Source of the DNA: a virus
Virus record (IMG/VR): IMGVR_UViG_3300045988_172839
Location: 1 to 64,000 of that record
Direction: 5' to 3' (one strand)
DNA length: 64,000 nucleotides
Below the pieces are notes generated by a model. The model searched no databases. It had not been told where the DNA came from and was given only the letters and a program-made list of their open reading frames with translations. Shown here in pieces: positions 17,598 through 26,372 of the stretch. The position numbers and the translations under genes were made by a program. Numbering within the stretch: position 1 is the stretch's first letter; every line of letters starts with the position of its first letter.

Positions 17598-18122
17598 CTA
17601 CAAAATTGCTAACATTTTTTGACCTGAAAAACCTCGGTCTTTGTCCAAATAAAATTTATGTTCTAAATTGCGAACCAACTGATATAAATGGCGCAACTTC
17701 TCTTTCTTGAAGTAACCAATCACTTTCTCCTTTGGAGCTTCATTTGGGTCAATCGCAAGAACCAAAGTCATACAAACTTCAATAGACTTTTCTCCTGTCT
17801 CAGACTCTTTCTCAAAGTCTTCAAAGTTCTTAGTCTCACGTGTACTTGAAGAAATTAACCCTTTAATCGCATCCATAGTGACTGTGGACATTTGAGACTC
17901 TGGAGTTAGGCGCACTTCAAACAAGGGATACCCTTTCTCCAACTCAAAACCAATGCGAGCTACCTGTTTCTCTTTACTTTGTAACTCAGCTACAACCTCT
18001 TCATTGGTTTTAATCGAGTCTGTTGAACCTACTTCTAATTCTTCCAAATCACTCAGTTCATCAACTTCTTCAAGCTCCTCAGAGCTTGTTACCTCTAAAT
18101 TATCTAACAAATCATCTAGCAC
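17598..18122 (-). CDS. Hypothetical protein with strongly acidic N-terminus
   Basis: 174 aa. GTG start 8 nt after AGGAG. It is the first gene after promoter 18155-18183. Confidence 0.55.
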   Translation of the reverse strand: MLDDLLDNLEVTSSEELEEVDELSDLEELEVGSTDSIKTNEEVVAELQSKEKQVARIGFELEKGYPLFEVRLTPESQMSTVTMDAIKGLISSSTRETKNFEDFEKESETGEKSIEVCMTLVLAIDPNEAPKEKVIGYFKKEKLRHLYQLVRNLEHKFYLDKDRGFSGQKMLAIL

Positions 18123-18154
18123 TCAAAAATCTCCTACAATAATCAATTATTCAT

Positions 18155-18183
18155 ATTATAGCACTAAACTCCAATAAATGCAA
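18155..18183 (-). promoter_or_regulatory. Sigma-A-like promoter for the 18122..13291 gene block
   Basis: The minus strand reads TTGCAT, a 17-nt spacer, then TGcTATAAT. Confidence 0.6.
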
Positions 18184-18265
18184 GAAACAAGAGAAAATTT
18201 CTTAACATAATAAGCATTTTAGACACATAGCATTTAAAAGCTCTCATTTGCTCTCTAACGAATTT

Positions 18266-18294
18266 TAGAAAAAGGAGGTGTAAATTTACCTCCT
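18266..18294 (-). terminator. Intrinsic terminator after the DNA polymerase gene
   Basis: The minus strand reads AGGAGGT-aaatttac-ACCTCCT followed by TTTTTCT. Confidence 0.65.
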
Positions 18295-18352
18295 ACTTCC
18301 TAAAATCGCTCAAAAGCCAAAATATGACCTCTCAGACCTGTTTAAATTCAAA

Positions 18353-21300
18353 TTACAGAACAAACTGTCGAGCAGTCCGAACTACATCAGAAAGAAGCGC
18401 TTGTGGGATACCGACTTCTGTGAGTTGAGTGAATTTATCTTCCCTCTGCAAGTACAGAATGACTTTAACCAAAGGAACAGAACCATCATCTTGTAAGAGC
18501 ATGGTATTTAACTCTGCGTAAAGACCCTCACTATACTGCAAGTAAAGTACAGAACCATCTGCATTTAATTTAGAACCAAAGTCCATTAAATGCTCTTTCA
18601 AGAGTTGAACTCTACGCTCACGTTCTTTTTTCTTCTCTTCTGCTTCTTGACTTTCTGTTGCAACTGCTCGTTTTTGAACTGTTTCTAAGTCAGACAAGTC
18701 TCGGTACTCTTTGATAATAGACTGTTCAAATCCATTTCTCATATTCCAAAAGAGTTGCAAACGCTTGTGAATATGTAAGTCAGGTAAGTGCAAGTAAATA
18801 AACTCTTTACGCTCTCCGCCACTTAAGTCCTCAAAATTCTCTGGGAAATCGAGGATACCACTGGCTTGTTGCCAACTGTGGTCAGTTTTCGTAAGTTCCC
18901 CTAACAAATACTTGTTCAATTCCAAAGCGTAATTTACTGGGAATACTCGGTCTTGTTCAATCGTATCTTCCGTAAAGGCAGTAGAACGCAATTTGTTCTC
19001 TACATCTTCTGCGTTGAACTCATGGATTCTGTTTTCTGCCCAAACCATGAATTTATCAATATCTCCATCCCAAGCATAGGCATCTAAGTTCCACTCCATC
19101 AACTCTTGAAGTCCAACTTGCCACTCTGTTTTCTTCGCAGTGTACCAAGAATGCCCGACCCCAAAACCTAAGTCTAAAGGACAACCACCCTCAATTTCAA
19201 CCATGAGGTTCTTACGAATTAAACCGAGAACTACATGAGGGTGAATGGTGTTATGAACCTCAATAGTCGCTTCATCATGAATGAAACCAGTGAGCAAAAT
19301 CTTCCCTAAATACCCTTGTTCCTTCAAGTCAGAGAATAAATCGACCATTCCTTTTTTATAAATATCCGCTGCTGAACCTTGGATTGGGTGGTTTAAGGCA
19401 TAGCGTCTAATCTGACTCTTGGACACTCGATCCTTATTGTAGAAGCGTTTACTTCCGAAAATTGTAGTTGAATACCCTTTGCTAAGAGCGGTTTTAACGT
19501 TGTTTTCAAACCAACCTTCAACCGAACGTTGAAATGAGAAGAACTCTTCTCTCTTTTGAGCAGCCTTACGCGCATTTTCTCTTGTACGCTCTCCGAAGAG
19601 GACTTCTCCAAGCGACATATCGGACATTCCGAAGTTGATACCGAATACGAGACCTTTCGACATCTTACGCAGTTTATCTGTTACCTGTTCTTGCAAGAGA
19701 CCGTTCAAACGAGCCGATTGGAAACGGTGGTAGTCATTGCGCCAGTCCTTAAACATTTCAATCAAAGACTGCTCTTTCGACATAATCGCAATCACTCGGT
19801 TTTCTTTAGAAGCATAGTCCGTATCGACCATGTAATAGCCGTTTCGAGCCGTCATCTCTTTCTTAATCGTGTCATCGAACCCTTGAATATTCGGTTTCTT
19901 CGTTGACAAACGACCTGTGACCTTGAACATATCCAAGGATGGGAAACAGAACCCTTCAATAAAGTTCTCTTCAACCTTATCTAAGAAGTTGGTGAAAAGA
20001 CGAGCAGTATTACGAGGAGACTCCAAAATAACAGTAAATGGATGAATAGGTGCGTTTTCCTCTGGTTTTACAAGGAAACCTTTCTCACCCTCAAACTCAA
20101 TCTGAGTCTTATAACCGATAGTTGCTCCAAAGATATACTTAGTTGCAATACGAAGCGTATCTTTATCCAAATCTGTTAATTCTTCAAACTGTCTAGCATC
20201 TACCAAACGAGTTAAACGAGCAAGACCGCGTACCAATTTCTTTTGGCTTTCATCATTCTCCAACCCAGCTAACTTCTCTTTACTCTGAGTGTGACCTAAC
20301 CAAGAAGAAAGCAAACTCATAGAACGTGTAACAAAATCATCAAAACTCAATCTGAAGTTTTCTTTATCCGGTTTTGTACCTTTATTCAAAAACTTCAAAG
20401 CAGTTTTATCAAGAGTGGAATTTCCTGATTTTTTACTGATTTGTTCAGGATACCCCAAGTAATCGTAGGCAATGGTTTTGTTCATTGGAGAGTTTACCGA
20501 GTAACCACTCTTTTGTGCAATATACACATTAGGATAATCTTCAAATTTGTAGTGAAGAACCTTTTCTCCCTCTGGTAAGTCATAATCTAAACCAAGCACC
20601 ATAGAGTTGGCTTTTCCTTGAATAGCAAAGAGACCATCTTCTGTGTGTTGAGGTACATGAATGGCTAAAAACTCCAATAAGTCTCGGTACTCTGAAACTA
20701 ACTGTTTCCCATAGTGCAAACGAAGTTGAGGAACAGACTCCAAATTCAAGTGCATTCCGTAAAACTCAGAATAAGCTGCCACACAAGTAAATCGACTATC
20801 ATGTACAACTGCTTGCATCATGTCAAAACCAGACTTACCAAGTATATCATTCTCTAAGAAATAAAGAGCAATACATAAGGTATTATCCGCATCGGGGCAA
20901 GCATAAAAACCTACAAGCTCTTCTTCTAGTTCATCAAATGTACCACCACATTTTTCATAAGAACCACACTTTGTTAAGTCATCAAGCTCTACCGCTTCTC
21001 TATGCAAGAATTTATCTGTTACAGCTTTCAAACCATACTCTTCATTGTCTCTTGCTGAGTAAGTTTTACGCATAGCAACGAGTGTATCAAGCCAACAATC
21101 GTAGACCAAGCCATGTCGATACCCTACCTTCCAGTCGAAGATGTTGTTGTGGGCTACAACCTTTTTATCTCCTAAGTAAGGTTGCAAGTATTTCTCTACA
21201 AAAAGTTCAATATCACCCCCACAGACATTTGGAAACTTCTTATGCGCTAGAGGGAAATAGTAAGAGGTTCCGGGTTTTGCAGACAATACCGCACCTACCA

Positions 21301-22276
21301 TAATAGAGCCTTTACCATAAAATCCTCTAAACGTAAAATCCAAACCTGTGGTCTCCGTATCGAACGCAGTGAGTTTTGTTTTCTTGTAATCTTTTTCCAA
21401 CTGCTTGAAAACATCTTCCACTTCATGAGGTTTAACTACTCTGTATTTACCACTTAAAACCCTCTCTCGAACCCACTCAAAGTTTCGAGGAGTACGTTGT
21501 TCGACTTTGGCTCTCATATTCTCTACTTCAATGACTTCTGCCATTGTAGTATAGAATGGGTTTACGGAACTCTCTAACCCTTTCAAGTCAGTTACAACTT
21601 CAATCTTAGGAAGACCTAACAACTGTCTTCGTAAGTTATTTGAAATCTCAGTTTTATAAGCCGTACCAATCGAGTCCATACGGATAACATCTGATCCGAG
21701 GAGGGATACCCGTTCCTGATTTGGTAGGAACTCAAAGGATGAGTCTTCTACAAATCCGAACTCTAAGGACGTTCCACTTGTTAAATCTTGAGTTGCAAAG
21801 CGCAAAGAACGAACCAAACCGTATTTACGCTCAATAACACCTTTTCCAAATGGAACTTCAAATTCAACCCTGTCTTCTACATTTTCAAGTTCTTTCAAAC
21901 TCAAAGCTAAGAAACCTTTGCTACCCCTCATTTCATTTTTGAGGGTTTTAGCGTAGCTATATACTGCGTACAAATAAGCAAACAAAGCAAATGAAGGGTG
22001 TTTTTGGAAAGACTTTGCGATAGATAAATCAACACCATCTTCTCCAAATAAAACCTTTGGTTTAATTAAGCGTTCTACCGTAAAGGAAGCTCTTGAAAAA
22101 GTAGCCGTTCTATAAGTTCGACCTAATTGCTCTGCTTGACCTTGCATAAGCATCTGAGCAGACACACCATCTTGAGCCACCAAACGCAAGAGACCACCGT
22201 GGGTTAAATCGGAAAGATACCCTTTGTAGTTGTAGTTTTGACCTTTGTAAGTAAATTTAATCTCTGAGGTAAGCAC
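18353..22276 (-). CDS. Family-A DNA polymerase with 3'-5' exonuclease and N- and C-terminal extensions
   Basis: Exo motifs AFDTETTGL, HNNIFDW and YACPDADNT. Pol motifs DTDYASKENRV (A), RKMSKGLVFGINFGMS (B) and GFIHDEATIEV (C). The track starts at TTG 22291, but GTG at 22276 lies 5 nt after AAGGAG and is the likelier start. Confidence 0.9.
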   Translation of the reverse strand: MLTSEIKFTYKGQNYNYKGYLSDLTHGGLLRLVAQDGVSAQMLMQGQAEQLGRTYRTATFSRASFTVERLIKPKVLFGEDGVDLSIAKSFQKHPSFALFAYLYAVYSYAKTLKNEMRGSKGFLALSLKELENVEDRVEFEVPFGKGVIERKYGLVRSLRFATQDLTSGTSLEFGFVEDSSFEFLPNQERVSLLGSDVIRMDSIGTAYKTEISNNLRRQLLGLPKIEVVTDLKGLESSVNPFYTTMAEVIEVENMRAKVEQRTPRNFEWVRERVLSGKYRVVKPHEVEDVFKQLEKDYKKTKLTAFDTETTGLDFTFRGFYGKGSIMVGAVLSAKPGTSYYFPLAHKKFPNVCGGDIELFVEKYLQPYLGDKKVVAHNNIFDWKVGYRHGLVYDCWLDTLVAMRKTYSARDNEEYGLKAVTDKFLHREAVELDDLTKCGSYEKCGGTFDELEEELVGFYACPDADNTLCIALYFLENDILGKSGFDMMQAVVHDSRFTCVAAYSEFYGMHLNLESVPQLRLHYGKQLVSEYRDLLEFLAIHVPQHTEDGLFAIQGKANSMVLGLDYDLPEGEKVLHYKFEDYPNVYIAQKSGYSVNSPMNKTIAYDYLGYPEQISKKSGNSTLDKTALKFLNKGTKPDKENFRLSFDDFVTRSMSLLSSWLGHTQSKEKLAGLENDESQKKLVRGLARLTRLVDARQFEELTDLDKDTLRIATKYIFGATIGYKTQIEFEGEKGFLVKPEENAPIHPFTVILESPRNTARLFTNFLDKVEENFIEGFCFPSLDMFKVTGRLSTKKPNIQGFDDTIKKEMTARNGYYMVDTDYASKENRVIAIMSKEQSLIEMFKDWRNDYHRFQSARLNGLLQEQVTDKLRKMSKGLVFGINFGMSDMSLGEVLFGERTRENARKAAQKREEFFSFQRSVEGWFENNVKTALSKGYSTTIFGSKRFYNKDRVSKSQIRRYALNHPIQGSAADIYKKGMVDLFSDLKEQGYLGKILLTGFIHDEATIEVHNTIHPHVVLGLIRKNLMVEIEGGCPLDLGFGVGHSWYTAKKTEWQVGLQELMEWNLDAYAWDGDIDKFMVWAENRIHEFNAEDVENKLRSTAFTEDTIEQDRVFPVNYALELNKYLLGELTKTDHSWQQASGILDFPENFEDLSGGERKEFIYLHLPDLHIHKRLQLFWNMRNGFEQSIIKEYRDLSDLETVQKRAVATESQEAEEKKKERERRVQLLKEHLMDFGSKLNADGSVLYLQYSEGLYAELNTMLLQDDGSVPLVKVILYLQREDKFTQLTEVGIPQALLSDVVRTARQFVL

Positions 22277-22326
22277 ACTATCTCCTTTCAAATTCTAATT
22301 CAAGCTAAGTTAATTAAAGCAATGAG

Positions 22327-22776
22327 TTAATCTTCAACTTCATCAAACCAATCCAAAGCAGGAGTCTGTTTTACAACTTGTTCTGTTATATACTTCTCTT
22401 TGTTATAACGATCTGCAATTAAAAACCCTGCGTCTTTATTGTATTCTACCTCAACAGAAATTGGAAGACGGTTAAAAACCTTCAATAACTCTTCCAAGTC
22501 TTCTACATAAATTGAATTGCAGTAACGCTCATTCAAATAACGAGCAATTACCTTACGACCTACCTCCACAGACAATACCGATTCTGTATTGTACGGGTGT
22601 TTTTGAGTGTCTAAATACTTCAACACCGAAGTTAGAGCTTCTTTCGTAAACTCAATCAACCTCTGAGTATTTGTTTCTCTAGGAACGGACACAGATTTAC
22701 GTTCAACCAAGCGACCTTCTGCGTAGAATACCCAAGTCATAAACCCATTGTTTTGACCTACACTTACTTGTAACAT
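22327..22776 (-). CDS. Hypothetical protein (weak RNase H-like pattern)
   Basis: The track start is TTG 22791. The ATG at 22776 is preceded by GAGG. ETNTQRLIEFTKEALTSVLKYL is loosely reminiscent of the RNase HI TNNxAE helix. This assignment is very tentative. Confidence 0.5.
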   Translation of the reverse strand: MLQVSVGQNNGFMTWVFYAEGRLVERKSVSVPRETNTQRLIEFTKEALTSVLKYLDTQKHPYNTESVLSVEVGRKVIARYLNERYCNSIYVEDLEELLKVFNRLPISVEVEYNKDAGFLIADRYNKEKYITEQVVKQTPALDWFDEVED

Positions 22777-22787
22777 TTTACAAGACC

Positions 22788-23891
22788 TCAACTTTCTATT
22801 TCAACTTCCTTACCGCAAGGAATTAAATCAAACTGAAACACTTCTTTGAAATATACTAAGAAGACTGGGAACTCTCCGCTATCTTCTTTAAACTCTAAGT
22901 ACATAGTTGAACCAACTACCCCAATAAAGCGACAATCGAAGTTCAAAACCAACCAACTTGCAAGAGTCTCTAAAATCAACTCTTCTAAATTCCCTTTCAA
23001 TACATAACCTTTGTAGGGAATATTATAAAAGGTCTGAGAACCTAAATCAAGTCGGAAACTGTGGGATACCCCAATCTCTCCGAAGTAATAATCAAAGAGT
23101 TTATCTACATAAGCACTTGTATCTAACTTGTAAATCGTGTACGAATTAAAACCGCTCACAGACAATTTATCCGCTTTCATGCGAGTTCTTATCGGTTGCT
23201 TTTTATAACACAACTCACTATCAACCAAGTGGCTCTCCACTTTCAAATAAAGAAGACTCGCTTCAATCAAAACTTTCTCACACTGCAGGTAATAACTGAG
23301 CCACGTGGAAACTCTCTTCTCCACTTCTTCACTGGGTAAACCAACTCGACCTACTAAAGACACTAGGAATTGCGACCACCAAGTACGATACCGCAAAGAA
23401 ACTGACTTAGTTTCAAGAGTAGACTGCTCAATCAACCCCTTAGACTCAATAAAACGCAATATCAAGACTGCTTTTAGTAAATAAAGCAACTCCTCTTCAT
23501 TTTTCAAAGGTTTTAAAGGTTTTGTTCTTAAGGAATCCAACCAATTAAACCAAAAGGACTCAATGCCTTTATTTGTCTTTACAGTGCTAGGTGAGAAATC
23601 TTTATCAAAGTCATATACTTCAAAATCTTCTACCAAGACCTCAGTTGGTTGACTGATATTTCTTCGAGCTATGTGCTTAACATAACCTTCTAAGTGACTT
23701 AGTGCAATATCTTCTAAGTTCAAGAGTCGATTTAAAACCACATCTTGAAAACTCTCTAAAGTCTTATAAGACCCCAATTTTCGAGCGAGGGGATACCACT
23801 TCTTACTTAAATCAAGAGCAACTACTAAAAGCAAAGATTTGTCTAAGTTCACTTGTTTAGAGTAAGGGTTTAAAATTACTGGTTCAGTCAT
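22788..23891 (-). CDS. Hypothetical protein
   Basis: 367-aa ORF that overlaps both neighbours by 4-8 nt, suggesting translational coupling. Confidence 0.55.
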   Translation of the reverse strand: MTEPVILNPYSKQVNLDKSLLLVVALDLSKKWYPLARKLGSYKTLESFQDVVLNRLLNLEDIALSHLEGYVKHIARRNISQPTEVLVEDFEVYDFDKDFSPSTVKTNKGIESFWFNWLDSLRTKPLKPLKNEEELLYLLKAVLILRFIESKGLIEQSTLETKSVSLRYRTWWSQFLVSLVGRVGLPSEEVEKRVSTWLSYYLQCEKVLIEASLLYLKVESHLVDSELCYKKQPIRTRMKADKLSVSGFNSYTIYKLDTSAYVDKLFDYYFGEIGVSHSFRLDLGSQTFYNIPYKGYVLKGNLEELILETLASWLVLNFDCRFIGVVGSTMYLEFKEDSGEFPVFLVYFKEVFQFDLIPCGKEVEIES

Positions 23892-24555
23892 AAAGCACCC
23901 CTACTTCCAAACTCTTATCTACCTCACTATAAATAAAGTCCTTGAACTCATCATAGTGCAGCAACTCTCCTAAAGTTTCCACAAAGACCTTATCATTTTC
24001 CTCAGACAGAATATCTACCAAATACTCTTGACTATCTCTGTCTCCCTCTAACACTTTCTTCAACAGAAGTCGGAAATTGAGACCATAAGTATTCTCGAAA
24101 AAGCGGGATACCCTATTGTACTCTTCAATTAACTCTGCTAACTCAACTCTAAAGTCAAAAGTATCTACCGTCAACTTATTCAAAAATACTTCCCAACGGT
24201 GTACAGACTGAGGAACTAAAGACATCTCAGAACTCAAGGTGTTTTCATCTACAACCCCAGACGGTAACTTAGACTCCCCATCGTCTCGGACACCAATATT
24301 AAATTCACCGTGGCGAATTTTATCCAACTTCGTGTGAACACTTGCTCGAACGCTTTCATCCCAACCTGTGTAAATAAATTGTTTTTCGCTCATACCTGAC
24401 CACTCTTTATCCAAACGCTTTGTCACCAAAGTGTATAAAGAGTCTTTGACATAGTTGATATGTTTGGTCTTAGGTAAATACTGACCAACCAACTCCAAAC
24501 TGTGCTCTGATAAGGTATTATTCATACTTTCCATAAAACAACCTGTTAGAAACAT
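23884..24555 (-). CDS. Hypothetical protein
   Basis: 223-aa ORF. Its start overlaps the upstream stop codon (TGATG). Confidence 0.55.
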   Translation of the reverse strand: MFLTGCFMESMNNTLSEHSLELVGQYLPKTKHINYVKDSLYTLVTKRLDKEWSGMSEKQFIYTGWDESVRASVHTKLDKIRHGEFNIGVRDDGESKLPSGVVDENTLSSEMSLVPQSVHRWEVFLNKLTVDTFDFRVELAELIEEYNRVSRFFENTYGLNFRLLLKKVLEGDRDSQEYLVDILSEENDKVFVETLGELLHYDEFKDFIYSEVDKSLEVGVLYD

Positions 24556-25268
24556 CAGATACCACCTGTTCTAACTACCTTTGGGTAGGTACAATCTTCA
24601 ATCGGCACTTCTCTTGAAGAGTCTTTACTTAGAAAGACTTGAGTTGCTTTATGTGGTTCCGAGTCATAAACCCAATCTAACTTATAACTCTTAGCAAAAC
24701 TAGGAGAGAACAAACCACAATAGCTCTGACCTTTATACTTAAAGACACAATTACCTACTAAGCGAACTTGCTCTTCTAAATTCTTCTGTTCTTTCAAGAT
24801 TTGAGTCAGCTCATGAACACTAGTGTAGTTCAGACCTAAATCTAGTACATAAGTAACCCCATCGACTAAATCACTCTCTTGTAACCAAGAAAGCACCTCA
24901 GTTAAATTCTTAGAAGCTAAATCAACAGAAACAAAGATAGGAACACCATAAGAAAGCCACTTGTCTTCATCAGACTGAAACTCCTTTAAGGATACCCCAA
25001 TAGCACAAACAGAAGGGTTTACTTGGAAATCCTCAGAAGAGGAAACCTCAGTTACAACCTCACCTTGCCCCAACATAGAGAGCAAATTAAGGAAGCCTAC
25101 TTTATTCTCAACTTTTGGTTTTACATACTCTTTAGTAGGTTTTAACCACTCTAAAAAGCTAGAACCCCCATCAGATACAAGAAACTGCCAAACAGACGAG
25201 GTGTTTACATCTAATTGCAAACCCTTGTCTGCTTTGTAATCATCCATTTTAACTGCTTTTACTCTCAC
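24555..25268 (-). CDS. Hypothetical protein
   Basis: 237-aa ORF. Its GTG start overlaps the upstream stop codon (GTGA). Confidence 0.55.
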   Translation of the reverse strand: MRVKAVKMDDYKADKGLQLDVNTSSVWQFLVSDGGSSFLEWLKPTKEYVKPKVENKVGFLNLLSMLGQGEVVTEVSSSEDFQVNPSVCAIGVSLKEFQSDEDKWLSYGVPIFVSVDLASKNLTEVLSWLQESDLVDGVTYVLDLGLNYTSVHELTQILKEQKNLEEQVRLVGNCVFKYKGQSYCGLFSPSFAKSYKLDWVYDSEPHKATQVFLSKDSSREVPIEDCTYPKVVRTGGI

Positions 25269-26287
25269 GTCACTAAACCTCCATTTTTAAGTCCAATCAA
25301 CTTAGTTGCTTGTAAAACAAAGGACATCACATGGAACTCCTCCGACCACTTACGACTACCTACCAAAGACATAAAGTTTACAATCTCCGTCATAGACAAA
25401 CTATCAATTTGTTCCAAAAAGCGAGCGTATTTCCCAATTCGATAGTTGTTGTACTTACTCATATCAGGTAACAAACCGATCTCTGGGTAAATCTTACCTT
25501 CAACTAATAATTCTTTTAATATCAAAATCGCCTTAAAAGACTCTAACAGAGACTTACGAACTGTCTCAAAACTTCTATGATGAGACAACTCTAACAAACT
25601 CTGCAGTTGTTTCTTCTTGTATTGATCCAAACCTCTCTTTGTTTTGGTCGTTGAGGTCAACATACTTAAAGCAACACGCTCAATTTGAAGAGAACCAACA
25701 CCAGCTAATTGCACCAAAGTCGCATTGTCTCTAATTTCAATACCATCTTTTAAGCTCGATAAAATCGTAAAAACTGCATCAATGTCTCGGAGATACCGCT
25801 TGGTAACGACCCCATACATTTTCTCAGATAATTTCACAGAACCCTTAGTCCTGGTCGTCACATCATAAATGTATTGGAACTCACTTTGAGTCATATAGGT
25901 ACTGAACATAATATCTGGTTGAAAATCAACCAGTTCTTTATTGTAGCGAACGTTTTGAAAGAGTTTGTAGTTCTTATAACCTACAACCAAGCGTGTGAAC
26001 CCTACAATACTTTGTAAGAACTTCACAGTCGCTTCTGCTAACTCTGTCTTTTGTTCATCTACAACAAATAGACGGTAAGGAGAACGAAATGGACGAATTT
26101 GAATCGATGCGTCCATCTTTTGTAACTCATTTAAGTCATTTACTCGAATAACCGAAGAAGAGTCTACTTGAAAGCGTTTCTTAACCAAGTTGGAAACCAA
26201 GGAAAGATACCGAGTGCTTTTTCCGTAGACTAAAACAGAAGCGAACTGCGCCTCTGGGTTTAATAAATCATCTAAATGAATTGCCAA
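25265..26287 (-). CDS. Hypothetical protein, possibly clamp-loader delta (HolA)-like
   Basis: 340 aa. The N-terminus ...FASVLVYGKSTRYLSLVSNLVKKRF resembles the start of HolA-type proteins. The call rests on weak pattern resemblance and on its position in the replication module. Confidence 0.45.
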   Translation of the reverse strand: MAIHLDDLLNPEAQFASVLVYGKSTRYLSLVSNLVKKRFQVDSSSVIRVNDLNELQKMDASIQIRPFRSPYRLFVVDEQKTELAEATVKFLQSIVGFTRLVVGYKNYKLFQNVRYNKELVDFQPDIMFSTYMTQSEFQYIYDVTTRTKGSVKLSEKMYGVVTKRYLRDIDAVFTILSSLKDGIEIRDNATLVQLAGVGSLQIERVALSMLTSTTKTKRGLDQYKKKQLQSLLELSHHRSFETVRKSLLESFKAILILKELLVEGKIYPEIGLLPDMSKYNNYRIGKYARFLEQIDSLSMTEIVNFMSLVGSRKWSEEFHVMSFVLQATKLIGLKNGGLVT

Positions 26288-26325
26288 AGTTTCTGTCTCC
26301 TTCTTTTTCTAATTTTATATGTTTC

Positions 26326-26354
26326 ATTCTATCAAAAAATCCCCTAAGTGTCAA
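26326..26354 (-). promoter_or_regulatory. Sigma-A-like promoter overlapping the methyltransferase terminator
   Basis: The minus strand reads TTGACA (inside the hairpin loop), a 17-nt spacer, then TAGAAT. Confidence 0.5.
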
Positions 26355-26364
26355 GTTTTAGGGG
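26334..26364 (-). terminator. Intrinsic terminator after the methyltransferase gene
   Basis: The minus strand reads CCCCTAA-aacttgacac-TTAGGGG followed by ATTTTTTG. Confidence 0.65.
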
Positions 26365-26372
26365 AACTTTTA

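Noticed and set aside
18180-18265. 27-aa minus-strand ORF (MRAFKCYVSKMLIMLRNFLLFLAFIGV) between the polymerase terminator and the next promoter
   Set aside because: It has no convincing RBS, and it overlaps the -35 element of promoter 18155-18183.
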